From positions 10,511-74,510 of the forward strand of contig CAWFNU010000017.1 in the NCBI GenBank assembly GCA_963817265.1: a DNA stretch of 64,000 nucleotides. The letters run 5' to 3'. Shown piece by piece: positions 63,606-64,000 of this stretch. How positions within the stretch are numbered: position 1 is the stretch's first letter; every line of letters starts with the position of its first letter. The DNA is from an uncultured Chloroflexia bacterium. Its GTDB lineage: Bacteria; Chloroflexota; Anaerolineae; Anaerolineales; Villigracilaceae. The position numbers were made by a program, and so were the translations under genes. A model generated the notes under the pieces. It was given only the letters and a program-made list of their open reading frames with translations, was not told the origin of the DNA and searched no databases.

Positions 63606-64000
63606 ATGCCCTTACGCTTAAGATCTCTTGATTTACAAGGTTATAAGACCTTCGCGGCCAAAACCAGGTTTGAATTTGCTGAAGGTATAACTGCCATTGT
63701 CGGTCCAAACGGGTCCGGAAAATCCAATATTGCTGATGCTCTACGTTGGGTGTTGGGGGAGCAAACTTTTAGCCTTTTACGCGCGAAAAAAACCGAAGAT
63801 ATGATCTTCACCGGATCCGAACAACGTTCACGAGCTGGGATGGCCTCGGCAGGAATTTGTTTAACAACGAAGATGGCTGGCTCCCAGTGGATTTCACGGA
63901 AGTTGGATTGTCGCGGCGGGCCTACAGGGATGGGCGCAATGAATATTTGCTTAATAACCAACACGTTCGGTTGAAAGATATTAATGAATTATTTGCACAG
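63606..64000 (+). pseudogene. smc: chromosome segregation protein SMC, N-terminal fragment (runs off the right edge), one frameshift (~63850)
   Basis: LDLQGYKTFA..FEFAEGITAIVGPNGSGKSNIADALRWVLGEQ (Walker A). After ..RAGMASA the homologous frame switches (own translation: EFVFNNEDGWLPVDFTEVGLSRRAYRDGRNEYLLNNQHVRLKDINELF). Confidence 0.9.

Overview
This is a 64-kb chromosomal segment from a mid-GC bacterium. Gene content and protein style suggest a Chloroflexota/Anaerolineae-like organism, but that is inference only.

I can support about 55 protein-coding genes. I found no rRNA, tRNA, CRISPR array, transposase or integrase. All homology calls come from motif recognition by eye, since no searches were possible. 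Coordinates I derived by hand rather than from the ORF track may be off by 1-2 nt.

Housekeeping genes present are ruvB, queA, pdp, ndk, trxB, mdh, gltA, mgsA, rnc and smc. They are interleaved with accessory modules.

(1) Main candidate system (15.2-30.1 kb). It is a corrinoid-dependent methyl-transfer system with these parts:
- a B12-binding corrinoid protein
- three non-pyrrolysine MttB-superfamily methyltransferase paralogs
- a pterin-binding methyl-THF:corrinoid methyltransferase

These are wired, apparently in two terminator-delimited operons, to a Dpp/Opp-type (family-5 SBP) ABC importer, a cytoplasmic S9 peptidase and an M20 amidohydrolase. This layout suggests uptake, hydrolytic trimming and demethylation of an unidentified N-methylated peptide or amino-acid-like substrate.

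(2) Second unusual module (38.2-41.2 kb). TPP-dependent 2-oxoacid dehydrogenase E1 alpha/beta genes are followed by a lipoyl domain plus a peripheral-subunit-binding-like segment. This runs directly into a NeuD/PglD-type hexapeptide acyltransferase instead of a canonical E2 catalytic core.

(3) Frame disruptions. The window carries many reading-frame disruptions, several of them in homopolymer runs, and they are strikingly clustered at 14.6-19.2 kb and 32-41.2 kb. They hit essential genes (ndk, trxB, mdh, gltA). I therefore favour uncorrected assembly indels over true pseudogenes, but I cannot prove this from sequence alone.

Other items:
- a ~1150-aa TPR protein whose disordered core carries about 15 tryptophan-acidic P-[DE]-W-[LM] motifs
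- a MarR plus heterodimeric ABC exporter operon
- a metal-homeostasis block (erythrin-VIT1, Nramp, tandem USP)
- a lower-GC block of hydrolases and kinases
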